A stretch of DNA of 64,000 nt from Deltaproteobacteria bacterium (GTDB taxonomy: Bacteria > Myxococcota_A > Polyangia > Polyangiales > Houyiibacteriaceae), in contig JAXMNT010000005.1 in NCBI GenBank assembly GCA_034670305.1, forward strand, positions 1-64,000, written 5' to 3'. Under the pieces are notes generated by a model. That model was not told where the DNA came from, ran no database searches, and worked only from the letters and a program-made list of their open reading frames with translations. How positions within the stretch are numbered: the stretch's first letter is position 1; every line of letters starts with the position of its first letter. Positions 1 through 9,300 of the stretch are shown in pieces. The position numbers and the translations under genes are program-made.

Positions 1-63
1 TCCGCTGGGCATCGCGCTCCGATTCGCGCCTCGCCGTCGCGAAACACACGGCGTCCACGACGC

Positions 64-96
64 GGGCAAGGGCACGGGCAAGGGCAACGGCAAGGG
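64..96. repeat. Short hexamer tract (GGGCAA/GGGCAC)n downstream of the phosphomevalonate kinase gene
   Basis: ggcaagggcacgggcaagggcaacggcaaggg; the reverse-complement type occurs at 37499-37530. Confidence 0.6.
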
Positions 97-120
97 AGCA
101 GGTCGCTTTTCAGCGACCTG

Positions 121-1146
121 CTAGCCGGCGACGCCTTCGCCGCCGAGCGGAAGGTCGAGCACCGTGATGTTGGCGCGGGCGCACGCGGCTTCGAACGCCT
201 TGGCGCCAGTCCTGGACGCGAAGAACGCGAGCGCGACGTCGCCCCCACCCGCGCCGCTCGGTTTGGCGCTGCCGCCGGCGTCGGCGGCGAGCCGCGCGAT
301 CTCGGTCAGGCGTTCTTCGACGATCGGCGCGCCCGCTGCTTCGCCAAGCGCCGCCATGGCCTGGTGGTAGCGCTCCGCGGCCTGCACGACGGCGTCGGCG
401 CCCTGGCCGACGCAGGCGACGAAGCGCCCGCTCTCCTGTACCAAACGTTTCATGACTTTTTGGTAGCCGGCTGCGTCGCGCGTTTGAAACGCGCGCACCT
501 GCTCGACCAGATCGCGGGTACTGGCGGCCTGACCGGTCCAGGCGATCCGCAGTTGCAGCGTGGACGGCCAGACGAGCTTGCGTGCCGCCGATGCGATCGA
601 CTTCGGGTCGTTCATGTCGGGCAGCCGGTACTCGAGGAAACCGCCGTACACGGCCGCGGCGACGTCGGCGCCGCTGCCCTGCGGGGCCACTGCCGCGTGT
701 CCACGCAGCGCCGCGGAGAAGATCTCGGCTTCGTGGTCGCGGACCGAACGTCCGTGCGCGACGAACACCGCGCCGGCGCCCGCCGCAGCAGCGGCCGCGC
801 TCGAGCCGAGCCCGAGCTTCACGTCGCCGCGGCGGAGCGCGGTCACGTCGAGCATCAGGTCGCCTTCGGTCGGGCCGAGCTCGGCTTCGGCCAGTCGGCG
901 TGCGACGGCGGCTTCCGGATAGCGCCCCGTGGTGCCGCCCGAAGCGGCGTCGCCCTCGAACGCGAACCGCGAGAGATCCGGCAGGGTCGTGCCGAGCGAC
1001 TCGGCGGTGATGAGGCGCGCGGTGGCGCGGGCTTGCACGGCGGCGACGATGGCGGGTGCACCGTCCAGCACGGCGTACTCGCCGGAGACCATCATCTTGC
1101 CGGGGGCGGTCGCGAAGTGCCCGAGCAGATCTTCGTTGGGGCTCAC
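121..1146 (-). CDS. Phosphomevalonate kinase (GHMP kinase)
   Basis: APGKMMVSGEYAVLDG N-terminus, [23 protein letters not shown] and KPSGAGGGD motifs. GTG start at 1146 overlaps the mvaD stop (GTGA). The upstream extension in the ORF track is not considered real. Confidence 0.85.
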   Translation of the reverse strand: MSPNEDLLGHFATAPGKMMVSGEYAVLDGAPAIVAAVQARATARLITAESLGTTLPDLSRFAFEGDAASGGTTGRYPEAAVARRLAEAELGPTEGDLMLDVTALRRGDVKLGLGSSAAAAAAGAGAVFVAHGRSVRDHEAEIFSAALRGHAAVAPQGSGADVAAAVYGGFLEYRLPDMNDPKSIASAARKLVWPSTLQLRIAWTGQAASTRDLVEQVRAFQTRDAAGYQKVMKRLVQESGRFVACVGQGADAVVQAAERYHQAMAALGEAAGAPIVEERLTEIARLAADAGGSAKPSGAGGGDVALAFFASRTGAKAFEAACARANITVLDLPLGGEGVAG

Positions 1147-2186
1147 AGGATCTCCACTTCGACGCCCGCGCCCGGCTTGGCGATCAGGGTCGACTGCACA
1201 CCGTCGGTGCGTTTGAGGGCGCGCTGTACCTTCTTCGCGTCGTCCGCGTGGCACAGCACCTTCACGTGCGGGCCGGCGTCCATGGTGGCCCACGCGCTCA
1301 CGCCGCGATCGCGGAGCGACTCGACGGTGCGCAGTGCCGCGATGGTCGGCGGCTGCCAGTAGAGGATGCTCGGCGAGGCGCTCATCGCGCAGGCGTGGAA
1401 CGCGAAGGTGCTCTGCTCCATCGCGGCACCGAGGGTGTCGAGGTCCTTCTTCTTGAGCGCGCGTTTGATCTTCCGGCAGAGCGCCGGCGCGCGTTCGACC
1501 CACGCGTCGTAGAGCGGCGAGGTCTTGCGCGAACGCTCCATGCCTTCGGTGGAGCCGACCTTCTTCGGGCCCTTGGCGGTGACCGCGACGACCAGGCGCA
1601 CGTCCCAGTGGTGTTCGTCGAAGAGCGGCTTGCCGGCCAGGCGATCGTCGCCCGGTTTGCCGGCCGGCAGCTCCGCGAACCCGCCGAAGAACGAGCGCGC
1701 GGCGGACGCACTGGCCCATCGTGCGAGCGCGCTCTGCTTGCGGACCGACCAGCGGAGATCGGCGGCGGTGGTCGCGGCGGCGGCGAGTGCGGCGAACCCG
1801 GAGGCGCTCGACGCGAGGCCGGCGGCGGTGGGGAAGTGGTTCACAGAACGCACATGGGCGAAGCGGGTCTCGCTGCTCTGCTCTCGGATCCGATCGAGCA
1901 TGCGCACCACACGCGCGCGTTCGGCTTTCGACGCGCGGCGTCCATCGAGCGACACGCGGTCGGCCCTCAAGGTCGCGTCGTACGACACCTCGGTCTCGGT
2001 GAGCAGTCCGTCGAGGGTAAGCGAGATGCTGGGGACCGCGGGCAGGTTCAGCGCGAGGTCGTTCTTGCCCCAGTACTTGGCGAGCGCGATGTTCGCGCGG
2101 GCCCGGGCGACGACGCGGTTGGACGTGAGGCGCGTCGGGGCGTGCGCGCCCATGGCGGGCGGCCGGCGGGTCGTGTGCTGGGTCAT
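1143..2186 (-). CDS. mvaD: Diphosphomevalonate decarboxylase
   Basis: NIALAKYWGK, NHFPTAAGLASSASGFAAL, SASAARS and TMDAGPHVK motifs. Confidence 0.95.
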   Translation of the reverse strand: MTQHTTRRPPAMGAHAPTRLTSNRVVARARANIALAKYWGKNDLALNLPAVPSISLTLDGLLTETEVSYDATLRADRVSLDGRRASKAERARVVRMLDRIREQSSETRFAHVRSVNHFPTAAGLASSASGFAALAAAATTAADLRWSVRKQSALARWASASAARSFFGGFAELPAGKPGDDRLAGKPLFDEHHWDVRLVVAVTAKGPKKVGSTEGMERSRKTSPLYDAWVERAPALCRKIKRALKKKDLDTLGAAMEQSTFAFHACAMSASPSILYWQPPTIAALRTVESLRDRGVSAWATMDAGPHVKVLCHADDAKKVQRALKRTDGVQSTLIAKPGAGVEVEIL

Positions 2187-3208
2187 GGGGTGTTCTTCTC
2201 GTGCTCGGTGGCGCGGGCGTCGGCTCGGCTACCGACTTCGGCCACGAGCGTCATCGAGGCGTGTTCCGCGAGCTTGGGCTCGAGGGCGCGCGCCTCTTCG
2301 AGCGAAGCGCACAGCGCGATCATACAACCCCCGCCACCCGCGCCGGTCAACTTCGCCCCGAGCGCCCCGCCGGCGCGTGCGACGCGGCAGAGGGTCTCGA
2401 GTTTCTCCGTAGAGATCATCATCGCGCTCAGCAGCGCCTGGTTCATGTCCATGAGCTGGCCGAGCGCGCGCAGGTCGTCCGCTTCGACCGCCAGCCGCGC
2501 GTTGTTCACGAGCACGCCGATGCCTTCGAAGATCTGCTGCATGCGCTCGGGCTCTTTGTCGTGCTGGCGCGCGACGTGGTCGACGATCTCTTTGGTGCTG
2601 GACGACTCCCCGCTGTGGGCCACGACAAGCGCGAAAGGCTGCTGCACCTTCACCGGCCGCAGGGGTTCACCGCGCTTGAACACCGCGACGCCGCCGCACG
2701 CCGACATCGCGTTGTCGACGCCGGAGGGGTTGCCATGGAAGACGCGCTCCCAGCGCATGGAGTACGCGCCGCGTTCTTCGTTGGTGCGCTCGACGCCGTA
2801 GTGCGCGTCGAGCGCGCCCACGACCGCGACACCGATCGCGGCGGAGCACCCGAGGCCCGCGCCGCCGGGCAGATCGACCTCGGCGCGGATGCACACCGGC
2901 GCCGGCCGATCGAGGTAGCCCTCGAGCGCCGCCGCAAAGGCGCGGGCGAGCGACGCTTCTCCGCGGGCTTCACTGCGATTCCCAAAGCCAGCGCCACTGG
3001 CTTCGAGGAGCTCCGGGCCGCGCACGTCGACGTCCCAGGGCGAGACGACGAGCCGGTCTTCGGTCGACGGTTCCGCAACCGCGGTGACGCCGCGGGTGAG
3101 ACCCGCCGCCAGGGCCGGGTGGCCATACACGACGCTGTGTTCGCCGAGGAGGATGACCTTGCCGCCACCGAACGCGGCTGCGCTTCCCGAAGACACCACC
3201 GGACTCAC
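2183..3208 (-). CDS. mvk: Mevalonate kinase
   Basis: GKVILLGEHSVVYGHPALA, PGGAGLGCSAA, HGNPSGVD and KLTGAGGGG motifs. GTG start overlaps the upstream stop. Confidence 0.9.
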   Translation of the reverse strand: MSPVVSSGSAAAFGGGKVILLGEHSVVYGHPALAAGLTRGVTAVAEPSTEDRLVVSPWDVDVRGPELLEASGAGFGNRSEARGEASLARAFAAALEGYLDRPAPVCIRAEVDLPGGAGLGCSAAIGVAVVGALDAHYGVERTNEERGAYSMRWERVFHGNPSGVDNAMSACGGVAVFKRGEPLRPVKVQQPFALVVAHSGESSSTKEIVDHVARQHDKEPERMQQIFEGIGVLVNNARLAVEADDLRALGQLMDMNQALLSAMMISTEKLETLCRVARAGGALGAKLTGAGGGGCMIALCASLEEARALEPKLAEHASMTLVAEVGSRADARATEHEKNTP

Positions 3209-4239
3209 ACCCGGCGGATGGCCAAGCGCTCGGCCACGTAGCGGAGCACGTCGACGCCCGGGCCATCGAAGGGCGAGTTGTCGAGCGCCTGGTGGGCGTC
3301 GCCGAGCAACTTCTCGAGCCGGGTCTCGACCTTCGTGCGCGCGCCGCAGTCGACGATGAGTTTCGCGGCGGCGGCGACCTGCGCTTCGGTCGGGGACTCG
3401 CTCGCGAACAGATCCGTCAGCGCGCCGCGCTCGGCCTCCGGCACCATCTGCTCCGTCTCGGACACCAGACATGTGCGCTTGCGGTTGCGCAGATCGTTGC
3501 CGGGTTTGCCGGTCTCGTCTTGGTCGCCGAAGGTGCCGATGAGATCGTCGGCGAGCTGGAACGCTTCGCCGAGCGGATCGCCGTAGGCGAGCATCGCGTC
3601 GAGCTGTGCCTGATTCGCCCCACCGAGGAGCGCGCCGAGAAGCAACGGGCCCCGCACGGTGTAGCTGCCGGTCTTGAGATCGTGCATGCGCGAGACGTCG
3701 GCGTTCGCGGTCAGGTCGAGGTGCTGTCCGAAGAACACTTCTTTCTGGATGACGACGAAGCGGTCGTAGGCCGCGCGCTGGGTGGCCGCGGGGTATGGTG
3801 CTTCGAAGAGCAGCTCCCAGGCGTACGCGCTCGCGAGGTCGCCCGCGAGGATGGCGAGCGCATTCGCGAGGTGGGTCTCGTGGGCGGCGCGGTACTGCGC
3901 GTGCACGGCCGGACCACCCCGGCGCTCGTCGTCCTGGTCCATCCAGTCGTCGTGGATGAGCAGGTACGACTGCAAGAGTTCGAGCGCGGCACCGACGCAG
4001 GTCGTCGCGTCGTCGTCCGGATCACTCGCGACACAACGATACGCCGCGTCGACCACGATGGGCCGGAGCCGCTTGCCGCCCCGCAGGGTCAAATCGCGGA
4101 TGCCTTCGACGAGCTCGATCGAGTCGGGCGAGGTCGCGCGGCCTTCGACGAGCTTGGCCTCGAGGTACTGCTCCAGTTTGGCGTCGACTCGGGTTCGAAC
4201 CCCCTGCATCCACGCGGCGACGTCTCGTGTGTCGTTCAT
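3205..4239 (-). CDS. Polyprenyl diphosphate synthase (FPP/GGPP synthase family)
   Basis: GGKRLRP, IHDDWMDQDDERRG (FARM), KTGSYT and FQLADDLIG (SARM variant). Start taken at ATG 4239 (MNDTRD). Confidence 0.9.
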   Translation of the reverse strand: MNDTRDVAAWMQGVRTRVDAKLEQYLEAKLVEGRATSPDSIELVEGIRDLTLRGGKRLRPIVVDAAYRCVASDPDDDATTCVGAALELLQSYLLIHDDWMDQDDERRGGPAVHAQYRAAHETHLANALAILAGDLASAYAWELLFEAPYPAATQRAAYDRFVVIQKEVFFGQHLDLTANADVSRMHDLKTGSYTVRGPLLLGALLGGANQAQLDAMLAYGDPLGEAFQLADDLIGTFGDQDETGKPGNDLRNRKRTCLVSETEQMVPEAERGALTDLFASESPTEAQVAAAAKLIVDCGARTKVETRLEKLLGDAHQALDNSPFDGPGVDVLRYVAERLAIRRV

Positions 4240-4371
4240 CTCTGCGGGCGTGTAGGCGTTTGGTGTTCGACGGGCAAGCGCCGCGGGTCCGGCCGGTGCC
4301 CACGTAGGGCCAAAGGTCCGCAAGCGCGGGCCACCAGGGGATCATTTTGGCTGCGCGCAGTATGGTCACCC

Positions 4372-6309
4372 ATGACCGATTGGACACCAGGTTCCCGCGG
4401 AGGCTTCGGCGGCCAAGAAGCCCCAGGGGGCGCGGCCCGCACCGTCGCCCAGGAACCAGCCCGCCCGCCGAGCATCGAGACCATTCCTTTCAACGCCCTT
4501 CCGGCGGTCAGCCGGGAGGCGCTGACGAGGGCCAAGCCGCTCTTGAAGGGGCCGGCCAAGGGCGGAGGCAAGACGTTCTTTGCGTGTCTGGGCGTGCTCG
4601 CCGGCGTCGGCGTGCTGAGCATGGCGATGAAGTTCGAGTACGGGCGACCGTACCGGCCGCAGGCCGAAGCAGAGAGCCTCCTGGTGTACGCCGGCGCGCT
4701 CTTGGTGATGGCGTTCTGCGGGCTGTGGTTGGCGCGCCGGTTCATGGCGTCGAAGAGCCCGTTCAAAGGCGGGGTCTACCTCTTCGGCACCGGTTTGGTG
4801 GTCTCCGACGGGCCGAACATCACTGTGTACCCGCTCTCGCTCGTGACCAAGATCAACACGGTGCACCAGCACATCAACGGCGCCTACGCGCACACGACGA
4901 TCTACTTCATCTTTCCGGGGCGGAGCGAGGCGTTCAAGATCCACCGCAACGACAATGTCGGCGCCCGGATGGACGCGTCGAGGTTGCAGTTGCGCGACGC
5001 GCTGATGGCCGGCGACATGGCGACCGCGCGGGTGATCGATCCGCTCATCGACGGGATCATCGACCCGACCTGGGGCGACGTCGAAGCGATGCAGGCGAAG
5101 TTCGGCGGGGAGCAGGGACTCTCGGCGGCGTCGGTGCCGAAGTGGCTCGGCATGGCGCCGATCGCGGGCATCTCGGTGGCGATCGCGCTGCTCGCGGTGC
5201 CGATGTGGATGGTCCGCAACTCGATGAGCGACAGCGCCGCTTTCGACCGGGCGCTGGCGTCGGCGAACGACACCGGCGACGTGTATCAATTGGAGTCGTA
5301 CGCGCGCAACGGCGGCGATCGGGCGGACGAGGTTCTGTCGTTGCACCTTCCGCGCGCGCTCTTGACGAAGGCCCAGGAGACCGGGGAGGTCACCCCGCTG
5401 CGCGAGTTCGTCCAGCGGTTTCCGGAGACGCCGTTCGCGGGTGAAGCGCGCGCGACCATCCACCAACGCTTCGAGGAGGTGCGGGCCGAGTTCCTGGCGC
5501 AGGCCAACCCCGAGGGCGGGGTGCGCGCGTTCATGGATGGGCTGCTCGCGTGGCTCGAAGCGAACGACTCGCCGCCGGTGCGCGTTCGCTATGCGCCGCC
5601 TTCGGTGGAAACTTTGACGGGCATCGACGAGACGCTGCGCCGGCGTTCCCGCAACGTCATCCCAGTGTCGCCGCACTTCACTCAGGAGCGGGCGCAGTCT
5701 CGCGAGACGAGTGTGACGCGCGCCCTCTCGAGCGGCTTCGCGACCGTGTTTCCGGCCGACGTGATGCGGCTCGAGCACGGCAACGACATCGCGGTGTCGC
5801 AGGCGTCCGACGTGCCGACCATCGACGTCGAGTATGCGATTCAGCCCTCCGGTGCGATCTACGTCTCCGAACGCGACGGACGGCAGTTCGTCGGCATCCA
5901 CATCGACTTCCACGTCTCGATGCACATCCCCGGCGCCGCGGTGACCCACGCCTTCCAGGTCGCGGTCGAACCGCCCGAACGGTTCTCGGTCTCGTACCAA
6001 ACCTTCGGCGGCGTCGGCAACATGAGCGAAGGCGCCGTCTACTCGACCATGGCCGAGCGCGCCTTCGACAAACTCGCGGTGGATCTCGGCTTGGCGTTCT
6101 TCGCCCCGGGCTCCGCGGCCTACCTCGCGGCCGAACAACGGTCCCAACGCAGCGCGGAGGGCACCCGCCGACCCTCGACCGGCCTCGGCGGCACGCCAGG
6201 CTTCGGCGGCGGCCTCGACCCGGCGCTGCTCGACGGCCTCGGCGCCGGCGGCGACGCCGAGACCCAGCGCCGCATGCAGGAGCTGCGCGACCTACTCAAC
6301 ATGCACTGA
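4372..6309 (+). CDS. Hypothetical membrane protein (~645 aa) with three hydrophobic segments and a large C-terminal extracytoplasmic domain
   Basis: GC3-rich reading frame from ATG 4372. Hydrophobic stretches FFACLGVLAGVGVL, LLVYAGALLVMAFCGLW and IAGISVAIALLAVPMW. Confidence 0.75.
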   Translation: MTDWTPGSRGGFGGQEAPGGAARTVAQEPARPPSIETIPFNALPAVSREALTRAKPLLKGPAKGGGKTFFACLGVLAGVGVLSMAMKFEYGRPYRPQAEAESLLVYAGALLVMAFCGLWLARRFMASKSPFKGGVYLFGTGLVVSDGPNITVYPLSLVTKINTVHQHINGAYAHTTIYFIFPGRSEAFKIHRNDNVGARMDASRLQLRDALMAGDMATARVIDPLIDGIIDPTWGDVEAMQAKFGGEQGLSAASVPKWLGMAPIAGISVAIALLAVPMWMVRNSMSDSAAFDRALASANDTGDVYQLESYARNGGDRADEVLSLHLPRALLTKAQETGEVTPLREFVQRFPETPFAGEARATIHQRFEEVRAEFLAQANPEGGVRAFMDGLLAWLEANDSPPVRVRYAPPSVETLTGIDETLRRRSRNVIPVSPHFTQERAQSRETSVTRALSSGFATVFPADVMRLEHGNDIAVSQASDVPTIDVEYAIQPSGAIYVSERDGRQFVGIHIDFHVSMHIPGAAVTHAFQVAVEPPERFSVSYQTFGGVGNMSEGAVYSTMAERAFDKLAVDLGLAFFAPGSAAYLAAEQRSQRSAEGTRRPSTGLGGTPGFGGGLDPALLDGLGAGGDAETQRRMQELRDLLNMH

Positions 6310-6325
6310 CGTTCGCGAGGGGTAG

Positions 6326-9300
6326 CTACATGGCGCCGTTGTCGAGCATGTGGCTCATCATCTCTTCGGCGGTGTCTGCGTTCTCGTTGGGCTCCGGCGG
6401 GTCGTGTTCAAACGATGCCCCTCCAGTATCCATGTGGCCCGTCGCGGCATCCACAATCGAGTCGGCGAGCGCCTCCATCGAGTTGTGGAACATGCCGATC
6501 GGGGTCATCGCATAGAGACCTCGACCGGCGGTCGCGAGTCGTTGCCCCTCCGGTGCGTTCACGACGTCATGGAGCACGAGCACGCCTCCCGCGACTCCAA
6601 GAACCCTCCCCGCGCCCGATGCCGTGGGAGGGGGGTTCTGGATGCGCGGAACTGCTCGACGCCTGGTGTGTCTCAGCAGTTTGGCCTCTTCTTTGCCGTT
6701 CTCGAGGTAGATTCCGGTCACGCGAGGGTTCGTGGTCAGCCTCCAACGGCGGCCGGCCTCGTGGTTTCGGGCCCTGAGCATTTCAGCCGGAGTGCGCTGG
6801 TTGTGGAAGGTGACATCGCTCCTGCCCTGCAAGTACGGGGCGCACTGCGCGGTGCAAGGCGGGTGGAGCACATCCGTCGCAATGGTGATCTTGCCACTGC
6901 TGGCTCCCCGAAGGTTGTCGTGTGCGATCACAACCGCCCGTTCGGCATGCGTACCAGCGATCCCCAAACGACTGCCGGGTGAGGACGCATAGATCACCCG
7001 CTGGTTTGGCAGGGTCTTCTGCACTGCGTCTCTCAAGGCACTGTACCCGCTGCCCGAACGTCCAATGATGACGGTTCCGTCGGCCTGTATGCCCACCGCG
7101 ATGGTGTCCCGCAGGCCGGACGCCTTCTTGATTGCGTCCGCCCACTGCTGCGCCAGGGCTCCGTGCGCCGGGTTCAGCCCGATCGGGTCTCGGGTTTGTA
7201 GGACGTTGCCGCCGACGTAGTGGTAGCTGTTGAGGACTTCGCCGCCGGCGAGCGCGTGGATCTCGGCGGGGTCGGGGGTCGCCCAGCGGCCGAGTCGAGG
7301 GATCAGGTAGCGCTCGCCGAAGTAGACGAGGCCGACCTCTTCGTCGGCTTCTTTCGTCGTGAAACCGGCCGGCTCGGGAGAGACGGGATCGTCGGCGACG
7401 AGCAACGTCTCGCGCGCGCCGTTCGGGTGGAACGTGCCGACCTGCACGAGCTCGCCCTCGAGCAGATCGACCACCGCCGTGGTGCTCTGCACGAGGTCGG
7501 TCAACGCCATCGTCACGCGGTGGCGCGGCAGCTCTCCGCTCTCGGGCGGCGGCTCCTGCCAGACGATGCGCGCGCCGGCGAGCAGGTACTGCGCCTCTGC
7601 GCGGTCGGCGCCCTCCCCGCTCGTGTACACGCCGGCTTCGCGCCGCACGCCGCGCAGCACGAAGTCCCCGGCCACGACATCGAGCGCGATGCGTTCGTCC
7701 GTGCCGGCCGCCACCGGCAGGGTCTGCTTGACGACACGGCGGTTCTGGCCGTCGTAGCGGTAGCGCTGACGCGCCGCGAGCGTCCACCCGGCGCCTGCGC
7801 CCCCGTCGTATCGGCGCGCTTCGTCGAGGCGGTCGAGTTCGTCCCAGTCGTACTCGTAGCGCTGCGCTTCGGCGCACGCGCAACGGGCCAGGTCGTCCGC
7901 CGCGCACACGCCGCCAGCGTCCGCGCACCGTGCGTGCACCTCGTAGGCGAGCACGTTGCCCCCGTCCCCGTACGCCACGTCGAGCCAGCCGCCTCGGTTG
8001 GCCGGGTCGTCGCCGCCAAGATCGTGGGCGGAGGCAAGCGCGGAGGGGCGGCCTTGCGCGCCGTTGACGAGGGTGCCGAGGCTGCGCTCGTAGAACCCCG
8101 CGCTCGGGTCGTCGCCCGTCCACTCGGTCATGTTCGCGAGGAAGTCGTAGGCGTACGCGAACGTGTGGGCGCGGCCTGCGGCGTCTCCGCCGAGACGCGG
8201 GGCGGGCACGGTGGACATGGGATCCACCGGTCGTTGACGGGCCCGCTCGTCGCGCCAGTCCTGCGGCGCATCGAGCACGTCCGCGGGGTCGGGCCCGAAG
8301 CGGTGTTCCACGCCCACCACTCGGTAAAGGGAGTCGTGACGCGCGCGGGTGCTCCGCGGTCTGTGGCCCGCCGGCCAGGACTCGGGATCGCGCAGGTCGC
8401 GGGTCTCCACCAGGTTGTCCGCGTCGTCGAACACGTAGCGGGTGTCGACGAGCTGGGCGACCTCGGGCAGCAGGCCACCCACGACGGGCACGAGACGGGT
8501 GGTGGTGGCGCGCAGTGGGCGGCGGCGGGCGTCGCGCTCGGTCACAGTCTCGAAGCGGTCGTCGCCGTAGGTCCCGCGCAGGAGCGCGCCGTCGAAGTCG
8601 TACTGCGCGCTCGAGAGCACATCGACGAGCGGCAGGTCGTCGACCAGCACCCGCGCCAGGGCGGGCAGCCCGCGTGCGTCGTACTCGAGCTCGCCGCCGA
8701 CCGACGCGCCCTCGAACGGATCCGTGGGCAGCGTGGTCTTGACCACGCGCCCGGCGTGGTCGTGCACCGTGGTCGCCAAGAACGGTTGCGCCGGCCACCA
8801 GGCTTCGGCCTGCGGCGCCCCGTCGAGCCGCTCCACGGTGCCGTCCGGACGCGTGTCGAGGGCGGGGGCATCGCCGACCTGCCGCACTTGCCGCGCACCC
8901 CACACGACCTGCCCGCGGAGGTCGTGTCCCGACTGGCTGCGCTGGGCGCGGTCCGCCGTCGCGACGTGTCGGCCCAGTTCGGACGCACTCGGTGGGAGCC
9001 CGTCCCACCCGGCCCAGGCCGGACGGGCATCGTACCAGTGCTGCGTGTCGACGGGCGTGCCGGCGGGCACCGCGCCATCCGCCCAGGCCTCGCCTTCGAG
9101 CGGCATCGGAGCGACCGGCGAGGGCGCCGACTCGGCGCAGCCCACGTACTGTTCGGCGCGGAGACGACCCACGCGGTCGTAGAAGAAGTTCTGTCCGCAC
9201 CCGCGCGGATCGCGCACCGCGAGGAGCTGGCCGAGGTCGTCGTAGAGGTAGCGCCAGCGGCCCTCGGTGGGCGTCGCGCCGGGTCGATCGGTGTCGCGGT

